The notes beneath the pieces were generated by a model. That model did not search any database and was not told the origin of the DNA. It saw nothing but the letters and a program-made list of their open reading frames with translations. Made by a program: the position numbers and the translations under genes. A stretch of DNA of 64,000 nt from an uncultured Eubacteriales bacterium (lineage in GTDB: Bacteria > Bacillota > Clostridia > Oscillospirales > Oscillospiraceae): contig URBH01000002.1 of NCBI GenBank assembly GCA_900546075.1, positions 15,263 through 79,262 on the forward strand, written 5' to 3'. The stretch's first letter is position 1. Each line of letters begins with the position of its first letter. Shown one piece after another: positions 8,603-18,985 of the stretch.

Positions 8603-9600
8603 TACTGGGCACCCCCGCCGTTATCCGCAGCAGGCGGCACAATGGCCGCCGCAGGGGTCTGGACGATAGCCGCCGCCAGGCGTTCCACGATCAGCGCCTT
8701 TGCAGCGCCGCGTGGGAGATCCACGCCCATGTCCTTGGCCAGCTTTTTCAGGTCGTCCTTGTTCATTTCTTCCAGCTGTGCAGGATCCAGGTGGCCCTCC
8801 ACCATGTCGGTGCTTTCACCGCTATGGTTGCCGTCGTGGTTCTCCTGGCTCTCCTGGGTGCCCTCTGCGGCGTCTGTTACCTCCTGGGTGTCCTGGGTGG
8901 TGTCGGCGTTCTCGGTGCCGTCCTGGCCGCCGTCAGCGTCCTGCGGGGGCATTGTGGCCTCCTCCACCGCGTCGTACTCCTTGGTAATGATCAGCGCCAC
9001 CTTGGAATAGTCGAACCGGTACACCACGGCGTCCAGCACCTTGCCCGTAACAAACACCGCCACGCCGGTATACAGCGCCTTGGTGATGTCCTGAAACACG
9101 ATGCCCGTCAGGACGGCCACCCCGGCGTCAAAGCACATGGAAATCTGTCCGATGGGAACATCCCGGTATTTGAGCTTCAGCAGCCGCACCACGATGTCCG
9201 AGCCGCCGGTGGAGGTGCCGCAGATGAACACCATGCCCAGCCCCAGCCCGCAGATCATGCCGCCGTAAAGGGCGCAGAGCAGCGAATCCATGGGCGGCAT
9301 CGCGACCTTGGCAAAAGCGTCGATCAGGATCGAGCTGAGAACCATTCCCAGCAGACTGCCGCAAAAGAACCGTCTGCCGATCTTCACACCGCCGAGGATA
9401 AACAGGGGCAAATTGATGATAATCGTCAGCACGCCCACGCTGCCGTAGCCCAGCAGCTCCACCGCCACCAGCGCAAGGCCGGAAATGCCGCCGGGGCTGA
9501 TCTCATTGGGTTGTAGGAACAGGGAAAAGCCCAGTGCGAAAATCGTGCTTCCCACAGCCGTCGCCAGAATCCAGCGGTAATCTTCCCAAATTTTGCGCAT
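8602..9600 (-). CDS. YitT-family (DUF161) membrane protein, truncated in the DUF2179 region and extended by an acidic low-complexity segment plus a Rho_N-like helix motif
   Basis: N-terminal 5-TM YitT-like region; the C-terminal ~110 aa is D/E/Q/T-rich then LEEMNKDDLKKLAKDMGVDL. Confidence 0.65.
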   Translation of the reverse strand: MRKIWEDYRWILATAVGSTIFALGFSLFLQPNEISPGGISGLALVAVELLGYGSVGVLTIIINLPLFILGGVKIGRRFFCGSLLGMVLSSILIDAFAKVAMPPMDSLLCALYGGMICGLGLGMVFICGTSTGGSDIVVRLLKLKYRDVPIGQISMCFDAGVAVLTGIVFQDITKALYTGVAVFVTGKVLDAVVYRFDYSKVALIITKEYDAVEEATMPPQDADGGQDGTENADTTQDTQEVTDAAEGTQESQENHDGNHSGESTDMVEGHLDPAQLEEMNKDDLKKLAKDMGVDLPRGAAKALIVERLAAAIVQTPAAAIVPPAADNGGGAQ

Positions 9601-9631
9601 AAACGTCCTCTTCTTTCCAATCTGTTCGTTT

Positions 9632-11872
9632 TTACACCTCGAAGGTCTGCTGCTTTTCCGCCGAGTCCTCTTCTTTCAGCAGCGCCCCGGCGGAGGGGAT
9701 GGTCTTGGTGCGGTAGCGGCTTTCGTTGACGATGCCGCTCTGACTCAGCAGCACCGCGTCCCGCAGCGTCGCCTTCTTTTTCAGCGTCATCACCGCCACG
9801 CCTTGGGTATTCCGCGTGGTCTTGGGCAGAAGCTGCGCCGTGGAGAAGATTGCCGCCCGGCCGTCGGTGGAGTACACCGCCATCTGCTCATCCGTATCCA
9901 GCGCCACCACTCTAATAAGCGGACTTCTGTCGCTGTAGGCGCCGGTGAGTTTTTTCCGGTTGGTTTTGGTCTCATAGGCGGACAGGGGAACCTTCGCCGC
10001 CTTGCCGTTTTCAAAGAAGAACAGAACAAAGCCCTTGTAGTCCCCGCAGAACACCAGCGCCACCAGATTCTCTCCCGCCTCGAAGCCCAGCTTCTGGGGC
10101 AGGTAATCGCCCAACTGGGACGCCTTGCCGTCGTCGAAGTCGGAAAGGCGGGATTTGTAGCACTGATACCGGTCGGTAAACACCAGAAATTCCGCCCTGT
10201 TGGTGGTCTCCTGGGAGAAGGACAGGCTGTCGCCCTCCTTGAATTTCTGCTCGCCGCTCATTCGCAGGGACTGGGCGGTCATCTTTTTCAGATACCCCTC
10301 CTTGGAGACGAACACCGTCACGCCGTAATCCGGCACGTCGTCCTCTTCCTCGGGGGCAGTCTCCTGGGCGTCATAGAGAATCTCCGTCCGCCGGGGCTGA
10401 CCGAACTTGTCGGCCACCGCCTGCAGTTCCTTGATGATGACGTTTTTCAGCTTCCGGGGGCTGTTCAGCGTGTCTCTCAGATCGGCGATCTCCCCTTCCA
10501 GGTCGTCGATGGCACGGGTCTGCTTGAGGATGTATTCCTTGTTGATGTTGCGCAGCTTGATCTCCGCCACGTAATTCGCCTGAATCTCGTCAATGCCGAA
10601 GCCGATCATCAGGTTGGGTACGACCTCGCTTTCCAGCTCCGTCTCCCGGATGATGGAAATGGCTTTGTCGATGTCCAGCAAAATCCGCTCCAGACCCTTT
10701 AACAGGTGCAGGCGGTCTTCCTTCTTCTGAACCTGGAAGAAAATCCGGCGCTTGACGCAGTCCGTGCGCCAGGCCGTCCACTCGTCCAGAATCTCCCCCA
10801 CGCCCATCACCCGGGGCATTCCCGCGATGAGGATGTTGAAATTGCAGGGGAAGCTGTCCTGCAAGGGCGTCAGACGGAACAGCTTCTGCATCAGCTTCTC
10901 CGGGTCAACGCCCCGCTTCAGGTCGATGGTCAGCTTCAGGCCGCCCAAATCCGTCTCGTCCCGCATGTCGGAAATCTCTTTGATTTTCCCCGCCTTGATC
11001 AGCTCCGCCACCTTGTCCATGATGACTTCCGTGGCGGTGGTGTAGGGGATCTCCGTGATTTCAATGAGATTGCCGTCCTTGACGTAGCGCCATTTTGCCC
11101 GGAGCCGGAAGCTTCCACGGCCTGTGGCATAGATTTCCCGTGTGGCGGCCTCGTCAAACAGCAGCTCGCCGCCGGTGGAAAAATCCGGGCCGGGCAGGGT
11201 CTCCAGAATGTCGTGGTCGGGATTTTTCATCAGGGCAATGGCGGTGTCGCACACCTCCCGCAGGTTAAACGAGCAGATGTTGGACGCCATGCCCACGGCG
11301 ATGCCCTGGTTGGCAGAAACCAGCACGTTGGGGAACGTGGTGGGCAGCAGCGCAGGCTCCTTCATGGTGGCGTCGTAGTTGTCCACCATGTCCACGGTGT
11401 CGCTGTCGATGTCCTTGAACACCTCGGCGCAGATGGAATCCAGCTTGGCCTCGGTGTAACGGGCGGCGGCGTAGGCCATGTCCCGGGAGTACACCTTGCC
11501 GAAGTTGCCCTTGGAATCCACAAAGGGATGCAGCAGCGTCTCGTTGCCCTTGGCAAGACGCACCATGGTCTCATAGATGGCGGCGTCGCCGTGGGGGTTC
11601 AGGCGCATGGTCTGGCCGACGATGTTGGCGGACTTCGTCCGTCCGCCGGTGAGCAGACCCATTTTGTACATGGTATACAGTAGCTTGCGGTGAGACGGCT
11701 TAAAGCCGTCGATCTCGGGAATTGCCCGGGAAACGATCACCGACATGGCATAGGGCATGTAGTTTAATTCCAGCGTCTCGGAAATGGCCTGCTCCGTGGT
11801 GGAGCCGTGCAGACCCATAATGCCGTCGGTGTTTATCTTCTTTTTTTCAGGTTCTTGCTTTTTCCGTGCCAT
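9632..11872 (-). CDS. gyrA: DNA gyrase subunit A
   Basis: 746 aa; contains the AIPEIDGFKPSHRKLLY active-site region. Confidence 0.95.
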   Translation of the reverse strand: MARKKQEPEKKKINTDGIMGLHGSTTEQAISETLELNYMPYAMSVIVSRAIPEIDGFKPSHRKLLYTMYKMGLLTGGRTKSANIVGQTMRLNPHGDAAIYETMVRLAKGNETLLHPFVDSKGNFGKVYSRDMAYAAARYTEAKLDSICAEVFKDIDSDTVDMVDNYDATMKEPALLPTTFPNVLVSANQGIAVGMASNICSFNLREVCDTAIALMKNPDHDILETLPGPDFSTGGELLFDEAATREIYATGRGSFRLRAKWRYVKDGNLIEITEIPYTTATEVIMDKVAELIKAGKIKEISDMRDETDLGGLKLTIDLKRGVDPEKLMQKLFRLTPLQDSFPCNFNILIAGMPRVMGVGEILDEWTAWRTDCVKRRIFFQVQKKEDRLHLLKGLERILLDIDKAISIIRETELESEVVPNLMIGFGIDEIQANYVAEIKLRNINKEYILKQTRAIDDLEGEIADLRDTLNSPRKLKNVIIKELQAVADKFGQPRRTEILYDAQETAPEEEDDVPDYGVTVFVSKEGYLKKMTAQSLRMSGEQKFKEGDSLSFSQETTNRAEFLVFTDRYQCYKSRLSDFDDGKASQLGDYLPQKLGFEAGENLVALVFCGDYKGFVLFFFENGKAAKVPLSAYETKTNRKKLTGAYSDRSPLIRVVALDTDEQMAVYSTDGRAAIFSTAQLLPKTTRNTQGVAVMTLKKKATLRDAVLLSQSGIVNESRYRTKTIPSAGALLKEEDSAEKQQTFEV

Positions 11873-11917
11873 GGTTGGCTCCTTTACAAGATTTATGAAT
11901 TCGCTGTCTGGCCGGCC

Positions 11918-13894
11918 TTACGAAATATCCGCCAGTTCCAGATACTTTGCGCCGTTTTCCGCGATAAAGTTCTTCCGCTCCTGCAAGCCGTCGCCCAGGA
12001 GGAAGTCAAAGTAATGCGCCGTGCGCTCCGCGTCCTCCGGCATGACCTTGATGAGGCGGCGGGTCTGAGGGTTCATGGTGGTCATCCACATCATCTCCGG
12101 GTCGTTTTCGCCGAGACCTTTGGAGCGTTGGATGGTGATCTTTTTGCCCTCCAATTCCTTGAGTATCTTCGTCTTCTCCTGCTCGTTGTAGGCGAACCAG
12201 GTCTTGTCCTTGCAGGTGATCTCAAACAGCGGCGATTCCGCGATATACACGTACCCGTCCCGGATCAGCGTCGGACACAGGCGGTAAAGCATGGTCAATA
12301 TCAGCGTCCGGATCTGGAAGCCGTCCACGTCGGCATCCGTACAGATGACCACCTTGCTCCAGCGCAGCTGAGAAAGGTCGAAGGACGACAGTTCCTTAGC
12401 TTTCTTGCCCTGCACCTCCACGCCGCAGCCCAAGACCTTCATCAGGTCGGTGATGATGGGCGAGGCGAAAATCTTGCCGTAATCCGCCTTCAGGCAGTTG
12501 AGGATTTTGCCCCGAACCGGCATGATGCCCTGAAATTCCGCGTCCCGGCTGAGTTTGACGCTGCCCAGAGCGGAATCGCCCTCCACGATATACAGCTCCC
12601 GCACCGAAGCGTCCCGGCTGCGGCAGTCCACGAATTTCTGCACCCGGTTGGCAATGTCGATGGAGCCGGAGAGCTTCTTTTTCACGCTGGACTTGGTCTT
12701 CTCGGCGGATTCCCGGGCGCGCTTGTTCACCAGAATCTGCTCCGACGCCTTGTCGGCCTCCTGCTTGTTCTCGATGAACCAGACCTGCAGCTGCTCCTTG
12801 AAAAAGGCAGTCATGGCGTCCTGGGTGAATTTGCTGTTGACGCTTTTTTTCGTCTGGTTTTCAAAGCAGCCGATGGTGGAGAAGCAGTTGGTCACCAGCA
12901 CCAGAGAGTCCTGAATGTCCTGGAAAATGATCTTATTCTCGTTTTTGGTGTATTTGTTATTGTCCCGGAGGTACTTGTCGAAGGCCGCGGTAAAGCCGGA
13001 GCGAACCGCCTTGTCCGGGCTTCCGCCGTATTCCAGCCAGGAGGAATTGTGGTAATACTCGATATGGCTGATTTGCTTGGAGAAGCAGAAGGAGGCCGTG
13101 ATCTTCAGCTTCATTTCCGGGCGGTTTTCCGCGTCACGACCCCGGCGCTCGGCTTCCCAGTAGACGGGCATGGTGAAGGCGTTGTCCCCCACCAGCTCCT
13201 CGATATACTGGCGGATGCCGTCGGCATAACAAAATTCCTCCGTCTCGAATTTGCCGCCCACCTGGTTGCGGAAGCGGAAGGTGATGCCCTTGTTCACCAC
13301 CGCCTGACGGCGCAGCACGTCCCGGTAGTATTCCACGGGGATGTTGATGTCGGTGAACACCAGCTTGTCCGGCTTCCAGTGAAAGCAGGAGCCGGTCTTT
13401 TTCCGGTCGGTGGGCTCCTTTTTCAGGCCGCCCTTGTTTCTGCCCTTTTCAAAGTGCAGATCGTACCGGTAGCCGTCCCGGCGGATGGTGGCGTCAAAAA
13501 ACTCCGAAGCGTACTGGGTAGCGCAGGAGCCAAGGCCGTTCAGGCCCAGGGAATACTCATAGTTTTCCCCGTTTTCCCCGTATTTGCCGCCGGCGTACAT
13601 TTCGCAGAACACCAGCTCCCAGTTGTAGCGCTTTTCCTTTTCGTTGTAGTCCACGGGGCAGCCCCGGCCGAAATCCTCCACCTCCACGCTTAAGTCTTCG
13701 TAGCGGGTGACGATGATGGTATCGCCGTAGCCTTCCCGCGCCTCGTCGATGGCGTTGGAGAGAATTTCAAACACCGCGTGCTTGCAGCCCTCCAGATCGT
13801 CCGAGCCGAAGATGACAGCCGGACGCTTACGCACCCGATCCTCGCCCTTGAGCATGGAGATACTGGAATTTCCGTATTGTTCCTGTTTTTTCAT
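11918..13894 (-). CDS. gyrB: DNA gyrase subunit B
   Basis: GHKL ATPase and TOPRIM motifs; start taken at MKKQEQY (alternative start 13945). Confidence 0.95.
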   Translation of the reverse strand: MKKQEQYGNSSISMLKGEDRVRKRPAVIFGSDDLEGCKHAVFEILSNAIDEAREGYGDTIIVTRYEDLSVEVEDFGRGCPVDYNEKEKRYNWELVFCEMYAGGKYGENGENYEYSLGLNGLGSCATQYASEFFDATIRRDGYRYDLHFEKGRNKGGLKKEPTDRKKTGSCFHWKPDKLVFTDINIPVEYYRDVLRRQAVVNKGITFRFRNQVGGKFETEEFCYADGIRQYIEELVGDNAFTMPVYWEAERRGRDAENRPEMKLKITASFCFSKQISHIEYYHNSSWLEYGGSPDKAVRSGFTAAFDKYLRDNNKYTKNENKIIFQDIQDSLVLVTNCFSTIGCFENQTKKSVNSKFTQDAMTAFFKEQLQVWFIENKQEADKASEQILVNKRARESAEKTKSSVKKKLSGSIDIANRVQKFVDCRSRDASVRELYIVEGDSALGSVKLSRDAEFQGIMPVRGKILNCLKADYGKIFASPIITDLMKVLGCGVEVQGKKAKELSSFDLSQLRWSKVVICTDADVDGFQIRTLILTMLYRLCPTLIRDGYVYIAESPLFEITCKDKTWFAYNEQEKTKILKELEGKKITIQRSKGLGENDPEMMWMTTMNPQTRRLIKVMPEDAERTAHYFDFLLGDGLQERKNFIAENGAKYLELADIS

Positions 13895-13982
13895 GTTGCA
13901 TACCTGCCTGCATAATCCATAATCGTTCGATTTTATTATATGCAAAAATCAGTCAAAAGTCAAGAAACGCCCCTTGGGGCAG

Positions 13983-14021
13983 AAAAAGCGTCCTGCATGT
14001 TCCGTGCAGGACGCTTTTTTC
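13983..14021. terminator. bidirectional rho-independent terminator
   Basis: AAAAAGCGTCCTGCA-loop-TGCAGGACGCTTTTTT, A-run 5' and T-run 3'. Confidence 0.5.
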
Positions 14022-14138
14022 AGGATTCATACTATTTCTCGATAAAATGGTTAACACCATTTTATCCTGCGAATCCTTCGCAGGCCGCCGGTGGCGGCGA
14101 GAAATGTATGGACTTACGTTTTTTGCGGCTACGCCGCT

Positions 14139-14190
14139 GGCTGCTGAAACAGCAGCCGAATAAAACGGTTTTTAACCGTTTTATTGAAAA
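14139..14190 (-). terminator. two tandem hairpins downstream of the histidine phosphatase gene
   Basis: GGCTGCTGAAACAGCAGCC and AATAAAACGGTTTTTAACCGTTTTATT. Confidence 0.35.
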
Positions 14191-14202
14191 CTAGTATCAT
14201 CG

Positions 14203-14931
14203 TCAATCGTGGCGCTGCTCCCAGTTTTCGTAGGTTTCGCAGAACCGGCCGGAGAAGGACGGCTCCCGTCCCGCCGCGTACAGGTGGGAGGTGTCCCCGA
14301 AGGCACTCATGCGGAACGACGTGATGCCCTCCCGGCGCTCCTCCGTGTTCAGGATGGTGACGGAGGTGGGCAGAGAACAGACGCCATGCCACAGCACCAT
14401 GGGGGAAATTCCCAGCAAATGGCTCAGCAGGACGCAGGTAACGCCAAAGTGGCAGAACAGGACAATCGTATCCTCGTTGGACCGCTCCACCCGGTAGTAA
14501 TCCCCCTCCCGGCGGTAGCCGTGGCGGGCAAGCAGCTCGTCCAGCCCGTCCCAGACCCACTGGGCTTCTTCACGCACCCCGGCGGCGGTGAAACGGTCGT
14601 TTTCCCACCAGTGTTCCCGGTCGTAAAAGCGCTTGTCTGCCGTCCAGTCCTGGGGCAGCCAGTCCCAGGCAACGCCCGGCTTGTCCTTCCCCGGTCGGAG
14701 CACCTGGGGGGAGAATTCCCGCAGCCAGGGAAGAATTTCCGCCTGCCGCCCCAGCTTTTCCAGGGTAGCCTTGGCGGTGTCCTGTGCCCGTCCCTTTGGG
14801 GAGCAGTAAAACGCTTTCACGTCCAGCTTGCACAGGCGCTGAGACAGCAGCTCCGCCTCTATCCAGCCGGTTTCGGTCAGGGAATCGATGGAATAGTCCG
14901 GGTCGCCGTGGCGCACAATTAACAGCTTCAT
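14203..14931 (-). CDS. histidine phosphatase family protein (phosphoglycerate mutase-like)
   Basis: N-terminal LLIVRHGDP (RHG) motif. Confidence 0.8.
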   Translation of the reverse strand: MKLLIVRHGDPDYSIDSLTETGWIEAELLSQRLCKLDVKAFYCSPKGRAQDTAKATLEKLGRQAEILPWLREFSPQVLRPGKDKPGVAWDWLPQDWTADKRFYDREHWWENDRFTAAGVREEAQWVWDGLDELLARHGYRREGDYYRVERSNEDTIVLFCHFGVTCVLLSHLLGISPMVLWHGVCSLPTSVTILNTEERREGITSFRMSAFGDTSHLYAAGREPSFSGRFCETYENWEQRHD

Positions 14932-14943
14932 GGATTTTCTCCT

Positions 14944-15951
14944 TTATTCTCCAAACTTTTCCGCAGCCTCTTTCAGCATACTGCGGATAGGCAGATGGTA
15001 GGGGCAGCGGCTTTCGCAGGCGCCGCAGCCGATGCAGTCCGACGCTTTTTTCGTAAGCGTCGCGTAGCGGCTTCTTGCCCAGTCCGCCAGACCGTACCGG
15101 GTCAGATATCCCTCAAACAGGAACACGCTGGAAATGCTGATGCCCGCGCTGCAGGGCTGGCAGTAATTGCACCGGCGGCAAAACTGGGTTCCCAGGGCGT
15201 CGCGGATGGCGCGGAGCTTCCCCTCTTCCTCATGGGACAGCGGGGAAGCGTCGTTTACTGCGGCGAGGTTCTGATTCAGCTCGGCAATGTCCGCCATGCC
15301 GGGTATCACCACGGTGACATCCGGGTTGGCGCAGACATAGCGCAGCGCCGTCACGGCGTCCTCAATCGCGCCGCCCGCCAGGGGCTTCATGGCAATGAAG
15401 CCTATGTTCTTTTCGGCGCAAGCGTGGATCAGTTCTTTTGCCTGATCTTCCACGATGTTGTAGGGGAACATGACGGTTTCCACCCATGGCAGCTCCAGCG
15501 CCATCCGGAAGGTTTCCAGAGAGTGGGCAGTGATGCCGATATGGCCGATCTTCCCGGCCGTTTTCGCCGCCGTCAGGGCTTCCAGCGCGCCGCCGGGGGC
15601 GCAGACCTTCTCCAAATCCACAGGGGGCGCGTTGTGAATCTGGTACAGGTCAATATAGTCGGTGCGGAGATTTTTCAGGCTGATGTCAATGTCCTTCGCC
15701 ATGGCCTCCGCCGTGCGGGACATACTCTTTGTGGCAAGCACAAAATGCTCCCGGATGCCCTCCAGACCGACCCCCAAGTATTCCTCGCTGACGGTATAGC
15801 CCCGGGCAGTATCGATGTAATTGACGCCGTTTTCCAGCAGCTTGTGCATAAGGGCTTTGGTTCCCTCCGCGTCGATGCGCTGGATGGGGATTCCCCCAAA
15901 GCCCATGCGGGAGATTTTCAGTCCGGTTTTGCCGAGGATTCTGTATTCCAT
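14944..15951 (-). CDS. aldo/keto reductase fused to a C-terminal 4Fe-4S ferredoxin-type domain
   Basis: AKR N-terminus MEYRILGKTGLKISRMGFG with AAAGGAG RBS; C-terminal CRRCNYCQPC...CIGCGACESRCP. Confidence 0.8.
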   Translation of the reverse strand: MEYRILGKTGLKISRMGFGGIPIQRIDAEGTKALMHKLLENGVNYIDTARGYTVSEEYLGVGLEGIREHFVLATKSMSRTAEAMAKDIDISLKNLRTDYIDLYQIHNAPPVDLEKVCAPGGALEALTAAKTAGKIGHIGITAHSLETFRMALELPWVETVMFPYNIVEDQAKELIHACAEKNIGFIAMKPLAGGAIEDAVTALRYVCANPDVTVVIPGMADIAELNQNLAAVNDASPLSHEEEGKLRAIRDALGTQFCRRCNYCQPCSAGISISSVFLFEGYLTRYGLADWARSRYATLTKKASDCIGCGACESRCPYHLPIRSMLKEAAEKFGE

Positions 15952-16018
15952 AGTCACGCGCTCCTTTCCGTTTCTGACATTATACGGCAAAATCGCTGAA
16001 AAAACAACCTGTCCGATC

Positions 16019-16050
16019 ATAAAAAACGGGTCAGCTTCCGCTGACCCGTT
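16019..16050 (-). terminator. rho-independent terminator after proC
   Basis: AACGGGTCAG-loop-CTGACCCGTT followed by U-run on the minus strand. Confidence 0.5.
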
Positions 16051-16053
16051 CCG

Positions 16054-16839
16054 TTACTTTCCAAGCTCTTTGTTCTTCTTATAGGTATCAATCACACAGT
16101 CCATTGCCGCGCCGCGGAAGCCGTGGTTTTCCAGCGTCTGAACACCGACAATGGTGCTGCCCCCGGGAGAACACACCGCATCCTTCAATGCGCCGGGGTG
16201 CTGACGGGTGGCAAGCAGCATTTCCGCCGAACCCGCCATGGTCATGGCGGCGTATTCCATTGCCTTGGCTCTGGGAAGGCCGCAGGCCACCGCGCCGTCG
16301 GCCAGTGCCTCCACGAACATGTACAGAAAGGCCGGGCCGCTGCCGGACAGAGCGCTCGCCGCGTCGATCAGCCGCTCCTCCAGTGCGTCCAGCAGACCGC
16401 AGAAGCGCATGTCCTCCCGCCAGTCCTTCAGCGTTTCCTCCGCCACAAGCGCGTTGCGGCAATAGGGAATCACGCCTTTGCCGATGGCCGTGGGGGTGTT
16501 GGGCATGATGCGGATGACGGGCAGCTCCGCCGCGGCAAGCTGCTCCAATCTTGCAATTTCCATGCCCGCCGCCATGGTGATGATCAGCGGCTTGCGCTTT
16601 CCCAGAACCTTTTGCAGCGGAGACAGCACCTCCTGCACCATATGGGGCTTCACTGCGATAAAGATCCGGTCACACCGGGCGGCGACGGTTTCCGCGTCGG
16701 AATAGACGATGCCCAGCTCCTCGGCAAACGCCTTTGCCTTGCCGGAACGGTCGGACACCATGATTTCCTTTGTGGCCTTGCTCAGGGCTTTGGCAATGGC
16801 GCCGCCCATGTTGCCGCAGCCGATAAATCCGTACTTCAT
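16054..16839 (-). CDS. proC: pyrroline-5-carboxylate reductase
   Basis: MKYGFIGCGNMGGAI Rossmann N-terminus; operon with proBA. Confidence 0.85.
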   Translation of the reverse strand: MKYGFIGCGNMGGAIAKALSKATKEIMVSDRSGKAKAFAEELGIVYSDAETVAARCDRIFIAVKPHMVQEVLSPLQKVLGKRKPLIITMAAGMEIARLEQLAAAELPVIRIMPNTPTAIGKGVIPYCRNALVAEETLKDWREDMRFCGLLDALEERLIDAASALSGSGPAFLYMFVEALADGAVACGLPRAKAMEYAAMTMAGSAEMLLATRQHPGALKDAVCSPGGSTIVGVQTLENHGFRGAAMDCVIDTYKKNKELGK

Positions 16840-16850
16840 ACGTTTCCTCC

Positions 16851-18089
16851 TCAGCGGATATGTCCGTTTCCGTGAATGATGTATTTATAGGTGGTCAGCT
16901 CCTGCAAGCCCATGGGGCCCCGGGCGTGGAGCTTCTGGGTGGAAATGCCCATCTCGCACCCTAAGCCGAATTCGCCGCCGTCGGTGAACCGGGTGGAGGC
17001 ATTGACATACACCGCCGCGCTGTCCACATTGGCGGTAAAATACCGCTCCGCCTCCGGACTGCGGGTCACAATGGCCTCGCTGTGGCCGGTGGAGTGCGCC
17101 GCGATATGGGCAACCGCCTCCTTCACATCCTCCACGCATTTGACGGCAAGGATATAGTCCAGAAATTCCGTATCAAAATCCTTCTCCCCGGCCTTTTTTC
17201 CGGGAATGATGGCAGCCGCCGTCTCGTCCAGGCGAAGCTCCACCGCCTTTTCCCGGTCAGTGACCAGACGTTTATAAAGCATGGGCAGGAACTTGGGGGC
17301 AATGGCCTTGTCCACCAGCAGAACCTCCTCGGCGTTGCAGACGCTGGGGCGGCTGGTTTTGGCGTTTTCCACGATGTTCAGCGCCATGTTCAGGTCGGCG
17401 GACTTCTCCACATATACGTGGCAGATGCCGATGCCGGTGGCGATGCAGGGCACGGTGGCAGTGCTTACACAGGCGTTAATCAGCCCCGCACCGCCCCGGG
17501 GAATCAGCAGGTCAATATAGCCGTTTGCGGTCATCAGCGCAGCGGCGCTTTCCCGGGATGTGTCCTGCACCAGATTCACCGCATTCTCCGTAACCCCCAC
17601 CGATTTAAGACCGGAGCGGAGGGCGTCCACAATGGCGTTGGCACTGCGGAACGCCTCTTTCCCGCTTCTGAGGACGCAGACGTTCCCGCTTTTCAGTGCC
17701 AGAGCGGCGGCGTCGCTGGTGACGTTGGGGCGGCTTTCGTAGATAATGGCAATGACGCCCATGGGGACGGATACCTTCTGAATTTCCAGACCGTCCGGCC
17801 GGGTGTGGGTCTGCAAAATCCGCCCCACCGGGTCAGGCAGCGCCGTCACCTCCCGGATGCCCTGCGCCATCCCGGCAATGCGCTCCTTTGTCAGCTTCAG
17901 TCTGTCCAGCATGACCGGGGAGATATGCGCCTTCGCGGATTCCATGTCCAATGCGTTCGCGCCGAGAATTGCGTCCTGCCAGGCAATCAATGCGTCCGCC
18001 ATGGCGTTCAGCGCGGCGTTCTTCTGCTCCGTGGTCAGGCCAGCGACTTCCCCTTTTGCCGCCTTGGCGGCTTCCAGCATTTCTTTCAC
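16851..18089 (-). CDS. proA: gamma-glutamyl phosphate reductase
   Basis: 412 aa aldehyde-dehydrogenase-like protein between proB and proC. Confidence 0.9.
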   Translation of the reverse strand: MKEMLEAAKAAKGEVAGLTTEQKNAALNAMADALIAWQDAILGANALDMESAKAHISPVMLDRLKLTKERIAGMAQGIREVTALPDPVGRILQTHTRPDGLEIQKVSVPMGVIAIIYESRPNVTSDAAALALKSGNVCVLRSGKEAFRSANAIVDALRSGLKSVGVTENAVNLVQDTSRESAAALMTANGYIDLLIPRGGAGLINACVSTATVPCIATGIGICHVYVEKSADLNMALNIVENAKTSRPSVCNAEEVLLVDKAIAPKFLPMLYKRLVTDREKAVELRLDETAAAIIPGKKAGEKDFDTEFLDYILAVKCVEDVKEAVAHIAAHSTGHSEAIVTRSPEAERYFTANVDSAAVYVNASTRFTDGGEFGLGCEMGISTQKLHARGPMGLQELTTYKYIIHGNGHIR

Positions 18090-18856
18090 AAGCGTTCCTC
18101 CGAAAACGTGGTGCCAACGGCCTTTCCTTCCAGAATGTCATAGAGATTTCCCGGATTATTTCCGTTGGCAATGACCATTTTGCAGCCGCAGCCCAGGCAG
18201 ATTTCGGCGGCATGGAGCTTCGTGACCATTCCCCCGGTTCCCTGGGCAGAACTGCTGATCCCGGCAATTTCCCGGATATGGTCGTCAATTCCGGCGACGT
18301 GGTGCAATAGCTTCGCCTCCGGGTGGGTGTGTGGGTCGGCGGTGTACAGGCCGTCGATATCGGAAAGGAGAATCAGCATTTCGGCGTGGACGCTCCTTGC
18401 CACGATGGCGGCGAGGGTATCGTTGTCGCCGATGACGATCTCATCGGTGGCGACGGTGTCGTTCTCATTGATGATAGGCAGCGCCCCCAGCTCCAGAAGC
18501 CTGTTCAGGGTGTTGGTGAAGTTGAAGCGCCGGGTATTGCTGGCAGTATCGTCGCCGGTGATCAGCAGCTGCGCCACCGTGTGGTGGTACTCGCTGAACA
18601 GCTTGTCATATACATACATCAGCTCGCACTGCCCAACAGCGGCGGCGGCCTGTTTGGACGGGATGTCCTTTGGCTTTTCCCGCAGTCCCAGCTTCCCCAC
18701 CCCCATGCCGATGGCGCCGGAGGAAACCAGGATCAGCTCATGTCCGGCATTTTTGATATCGCTCATGATCTCGCAAAGCTGCTCCACCCGGCGGATATTT
18801 AAGTGGCCGGTGGGATGCGCCAGAGTCGATGTGCCGATTTTGATTACAATGCGCAT
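18086..18856 (-). CDS. proB: glutamate 5-kinase (short form, no PUA domain)
   Basis: [12 protein letters not shown]...; amino-acid kinase fold; TTTACT-17-TATAAT promoter upstream. Confidence 0.9.
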   Translation of the reverse strand: MRIVIKIGTSTLAHPTGHLNIRRVEQLCEIMSDIKNAGHELILVSSGAIGMGVGKLGLREKPKDIPSKQAAAAVGQCELMYVYDKLFSEYHHTVAQLLITGDDTASNTRRFNFTNTLNRLLELGALPIINENDTVATDEIVIGDNDTLAAIVARSVHAEMLILLSDIDGLYTADPHTHPEAKLLHHVAGIDDHIREIAGISSSAQGTGGMVTKLHAAEICLGCGCKMVIANGNNPGNLYDILEGKAVGTTFSEERL

Positions 18857-18985
18857 TTGCGTTCTCCCCTAAAACAATTTCGTTCATTATATCACTTTAG
18901 CATAATGAAGTAAATAGTCTGAAAGCAAGTTTCCGGTAAATGTTTTTACATATAAAATACTGACGGGCAGCATTTAGGGGAGCGT

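Noticed and set aside
8602-9600. Splitting the yitT-like ORF into two genes (YitT + separate Rho_N-like small protein)
   Set aside because: No in-frame stop or plausible RBS/start within the acidic linker; kept as one chimeric ORF, but a sequencing frameshift cannot be excluded
11807-13693. 628-aa plus-strand ORF antisense to gyrB
   Set aside because: Antisense to gyrB; low-complexity composition
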